From NCBI RefSeq assembly GCF_006345805.1, contig NC_043026.1, positions 4,030,001 to 4,094,000 of the forward strand: a DNA stretch of 64,000 nt, given 5' to 3'. The notes under the pieces are model-generated. The model worked only from the letters and a program-made list of their open reading frames with translations, ran no database searches and was not told where the DNA came from. The DNA comes from Octopus sinensis (lineage: Eukaryota). The position numbers and the translations under genes are program-made. This document shows, in pieces, positions 60,219-64,000 of this stretch. Every line of letters begins with the position of its first letter. Positions within the stretch are counted from its first letter, which is position 1.

Positions 60219-60362
60219 TTACTTCTGTGGCTCCCCCTTTCCATCACATGCCACTATTTTCACTTTATCAACTTTGGCAATCTCTTGTACATCCCGAAAC
60301 TCAACATCCTCCAAGACGAATGTCCACACATTGTCACAAAAGCGATATGTATTTAAATGACC
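60219..60362 (-). CDS. GTF2A2: TFIIA gamma, last coding exon ([47 protein letters not shown])
   Basis: Near-identical to the TFIIA-gamma C-terminal half; tttcag acceptor; TAA at 60221-60219. Not in the ORF track. Confidence 0.97.
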   Translation of the reverse strand, partial: GHLNTYRFCDNVWTFVLEDVEFRDVQEIAKVDKVKIVACDGKGEPQK

Positions 60363-60584
60363 CTGAAATTAAAGAATAATTGATTAAATAAAGACACACA
60401 CCAACTTTAGGAGAGAAGACCAAAAGGGACGTGGCCTTAGAAACAATGCCAAATCAGACTGGAGTCTGGTGCAGCCCTTCGGTTTGCCAGCCCTGGTCAA
60501 ACTGTCCAACCCATGCCAGCATGGACAATCGATGTTAAATGATGATGATGATACAATGGGCTCCTTTCAGCTTCTTATTTCTTT

Positions 60585-61390
60585 ATTGCCAACAAGGGGC
60601 TACACACAGAGGGGACAAACAAGGACAGACAAACGGATTAAGTCGATTATATCGACCCCAGTGCGTAACTGGTACTTATTTAATCGACCCCAAAAGGATG
60701 AAAGGCAAAGTCAACCTCGGCAAAATTTGAACTCAGAACGTAGCGGCAGACGAAATACTGCTAAGTATTTCGCCCGGCATGCTAATGTTACTTATTTCTT
60801 CACTACCCACAAGGGGCTACACACAGAGGGGACAAACAAGGACAGACAAACGGATTAAGTCGATTATATCAACCCCAGTGCATAACTAGTACTTATTTAA
60901 TTGACCCCGAAAGGATGAAATGCAAAGTCGACCTGAGCGGAATTTTAACTCAGAATGTGACGGCAGACAAAATACCGTTAAGCATTTCGCCTGGTTTGCT
61001 AACGTTTCTGCCAGCTTACCACCTTATCCTTTCAGTTTCTGTCAACCAAATCCACTATCCCACTAGTGCGTAACTGGTACTTATTTAATCGACCCCGAAA
61101 GGATGAAAGGCAAAGTCGAGCTTGGCGGAATTTGAACTCACAACGTAGCGGCAGACGAAATACCTATTTCTTTATTACCCACAAGGGGCTAAACACAGAG
61201 GGGACAAACAAGGACAGACATAGGTATTAAGTCGATTACATCAACCCCAGTGCGTAACTGGTACTTTATTTATCGACCCCGAAAGGATGAAAGGCAAAGT
61301 CAACCTCAGCGGAATTTGAACTCAGAACGTAGCGGCATACGAAATACCACTAAGCATTTCGCCTCATGTGCTAACGTTTCTGCCAGCTCA
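60585..61390 (-). mobile_element. Tandem SINE family B copies (~4)
   Basis: gggacaaacaaggacagac...gaaaggcaaagtc repeated. Confidence 0.85.
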
Positions 61391-61515
61391 TTGCCTTATC
61401 CTTTCACTTTCTGTCTACCAAATCCATTACCCCAGCATGGCCACAGTTGAATGACTGAAACAAATAGGAGAGATAAAAGAGATAAAGGTAGTGAAAGAGA
61501 AAATGAAATGCTTAC

Positions 61516-61620
61516 CTTGAATGAGACTCTGTTCCGTACACGGCTTGCTAAAGCAGCATTGATAGCTCTGTCGAACTGTAGCAACACTTTCAGAGCTAGT
61601 TGCGGTGTTATCTGTCCACA
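61516..61620 (-). CDS. GTF2A2: TFIIA gamma, internal coding exon ([35 protein letters not shown])
   Basis: Matches human [34 protein letters not shown]; ctgcag acceptor, gtaagc donor, 105 nt, phase 0/0. First coding exon not found in the window. Confidence 0.97.
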
Positions 61621-61689
61621 CTGCAGGTTGAACAATGAGAAAAAGAAAATACAGTAGATTATGCAAATGTATGTGTGTGTGTGTATTCT

Positions 61690-62670
61690 TTTACTTGTTT
61701 CAGCCATTTGACTATGGCCATGGTTTTCTTAGTTGAAGAAACTGACCCCCAGGACTTATTCTTTGCAAGCCTAGGACTTATTCTTTGCAAGCCTAGGACT
61801 TATTATTTGCAAGCCTAGGACATATTCTTTGCAAGCCTAGAACTTATTCTTTGCAAGCCTAGAACTTATTCTTTGCAAGCCTAGGACTTATTCTTTGCAA
61901 GCCTAGAACTTATTATTTGCAAGCCTAGAACTTATTCTTTGCAAGCCTAGGACTTATTCTTTGCAAGCCTCAGACTTATTCTTTGCAAGCCCAGGACTTA
62001 TTCTTTGCAAGCCTAGGACTTATTCTTTGCAAGCCAAGGACTTATTCTTTGCAAGCCTAGAACTTATTCTTTGCAAGCCTAGAACTTATTCTTTGCAAGC
62101 CTAGGACTTATTCTTTGCAAGCCTAGAACTTATTATTTGCAAGCCTAGAACTTATTCTTTGCAAGCCAAGGACTTATTTTTTGCAAGCCTAGAACTTATT
62201 CTTTGCAAGCCTAGGACTTATTCTTTGCAAGCCTAGGACTTATTCCTTGCAAGCCAAGGACTTAATCTTTGCAAGCCTAGGACTTAATCTTTGCAAGCCT
62301 AGGACTTATTTTTGCAAGCCTAGGACTTATTCTTTGCAAGCCTAGGACTTAATCTTTGCAAGCCTAGGACTTAATCTTTGCAAGCCAAGGACTTATTCTT
62401 TGCAAGCCTTGGACTTATTCTTTGCAAGCCTAGGACTTATTCTATCGGTCTCTTTTTTCCAAACCGCTAAGTTACAGGGATGTAAACATACCAACATCGG
62501 TTGTCATGTGATAGTGGAAGGATAAACACAGACACAAAGACACACACACACAGAAACGTGTATATGTGTCTGTATATGATGGGTTTCATCCTGTTTTTGT
62601 CTACCAAATCCCCTCACAAGGTTTTGGTCGGCCCAAGACTATAATAATACAAAAACACTCACCCAAGGTA
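61690..62670 (-). repeat. SINE A containing a 22-bp x~31 tandem array (61752-62433)
   Basis: ggacttattctttgcaagccta repeated, with SINE A sequence on both sides. Confidence 0.92.
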
Positions 62671-62906
62671 TCACGGTACTTATTTTATCGACCCTGAAAG
62701 GATGAAAGGCAAAGTGGACCTCGACGTAATTTGAACTCAAAATGTAATGGAGCACCACCTTTAGTCAAGGAAACCGACCCCGGGACTTATTCTTTGTAAG
62801 CCCAGTACTTATTCTATCGGTCTGATTTGCCAAACTGCTAAGTTACAGGGGCGTAATCACACCAGCATCGGTTGTCAAGCGATGTTGGGAGGGGGACAAA
62901 CACACG

Positions 62907-62948
<42 letters not shown>

Positions 62949-63049
62949 AAAACACATAGGATCGACTAGTCATGACTAGCTAGCGCGGATGCGCGAGCAC
63001 GCAAGTGCGCGCACCGGGACACTCTTCTTAAGTATTACCGTAAATACTC

Positions 63050-63500
63050 CTCAACTGGTACTTACTTCATCGACCCCGGAAAGGATGAATAGCAAAGTCA
63101 ACCCTGGGCGGAATCTGAACTCACAACGTTAAGGCAGACGAACGAAATGCCGCTAAGCATTTCATCCGGCATGCTAACGATCCTGCCAACTCGCCGCCTT
63201 AAACAGATCTATTAACAAAGTTAACATGTGCTTGATTCAATCTATAATTAATTTAAACACAACCCAATATATATTTCTTTACTACCCACAAGGGGCTAAA
63301 CACAGAGGGGACAAATAAGGACAGACAAACGGATTAAGTCGATTACATCAACCCCAGTGCGTAACTGGTATTTTATTTATCGACCCTGAAAGGATGAAAG
63401 ACAAAGTGGACCTCGACGGAATTTGAACTCAAAATGTAATGATGGATGAAATGCCGCCAAGCATTATACCCAGCGTGCTAATGATTCTGCCAGCTCCTAG
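63050..63500 (-). mobile_element. Two SINE family B copies
   Basis: Family sequence. Confidence 0.8.
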
Positions 63501-63779
63501 CCTAATTTAAACAAATACATTAACCGAAGTAACAACTGTATGAATCTATTTACAATTTGAAAACAACCCCATTATACAGCGCCCAGCCTGGCAAACAACA
63601 ACATTTGCAAAAGCTAAATTCGATATGACATGTTTAGTAGGGGTATTTGGGGGCCAGATTTGAACATATTAACCAAGATAATGAATGTGTGAATCAAACA
63701 GAACACAACCTAATATTTAACAAACTGCAAAGGCCAATAACTACATCTGTAAGAGCTTCCATTATTAAATTCAATATTT

Positions 63780-64000
63780 TACTCTCTTTTACTTGTTTCA
63801 GTCATTTAACTGCGGCCATGCTGGAGCACCGCCTTTAGTCGAGCAAATCGATCCCGGGACTTATTCTTTGTAAGCCCAGTACTTATTCTATCAGTCTCTT
63901 TTACTTGTTTCAGTCATTTGACTGCGGCCATGCTGGAGCACCGCCTTTAGTCGAGCAAATCGATCCCGGGACTTATTCTATCGGTCTCTTTTGCCGAACC
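63780..64000 (-). mobile_element. SINE A tail, tandemly duplicated
   Basis: tacttgtttcagtcattt.actgcggccatgctggagcacc twice. Confidence 0.85.

Noticed and set aside
63600-63640. First coding exon of GTF2A2 (atgtcatat on the minus strand)
   Set aside because: Reads MSYRI* rather than MxYQLYRNTTLG; the true exon is probably beyond 64000.

Overview
AT-rich, microsatellite-dense eukaryotic DNA, most likely an octopus (inferred from the tRNA-derived SINE families and repeat landscape; not database-checked). Two convergent intron-rich genes are present. On the + strand is a complete GA-binding protein beta (GABPB1/2 orthologue): 11 coding exons, 23817-49320, GT-AG junctions in frame, 598 aa, with ankyrin repeats, NLS, coiled coil and an unusual acidic C-terminal tail ending in two SUMO consensus motifs. 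On the - strand are the last two coding exons of TFIIA gamma (GTF2A2), with an intron just after the stop codon. The rest is repeats: four to five tRNA-headed SINE families, Tx1/L1, RTE and CR1 LINE fragments, TTAA-flanked piggyBac-like MITEs, a Merlin-like MITE, small Helitrons, a mariner end, and many satellites derived from retroelement ends. The main novelty is three unrelated families of minimal Penelope-type hammerhead ribozyme motifs inside GABPB introns. These are a retrozyme-like tandem array of ~167-nt monomers whose core carries a swapped G3-C8 pair (48.0-48.6 kb), a tRNA-headed SINE-like element with a canonical hammerhead (30.1-30.7 kb), and a single U4C variant (25.3 kb). All structures were read by eye and need covariance-model and in vitro confirmation. 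Repeat boundaries are approximate unless termini are quoted.
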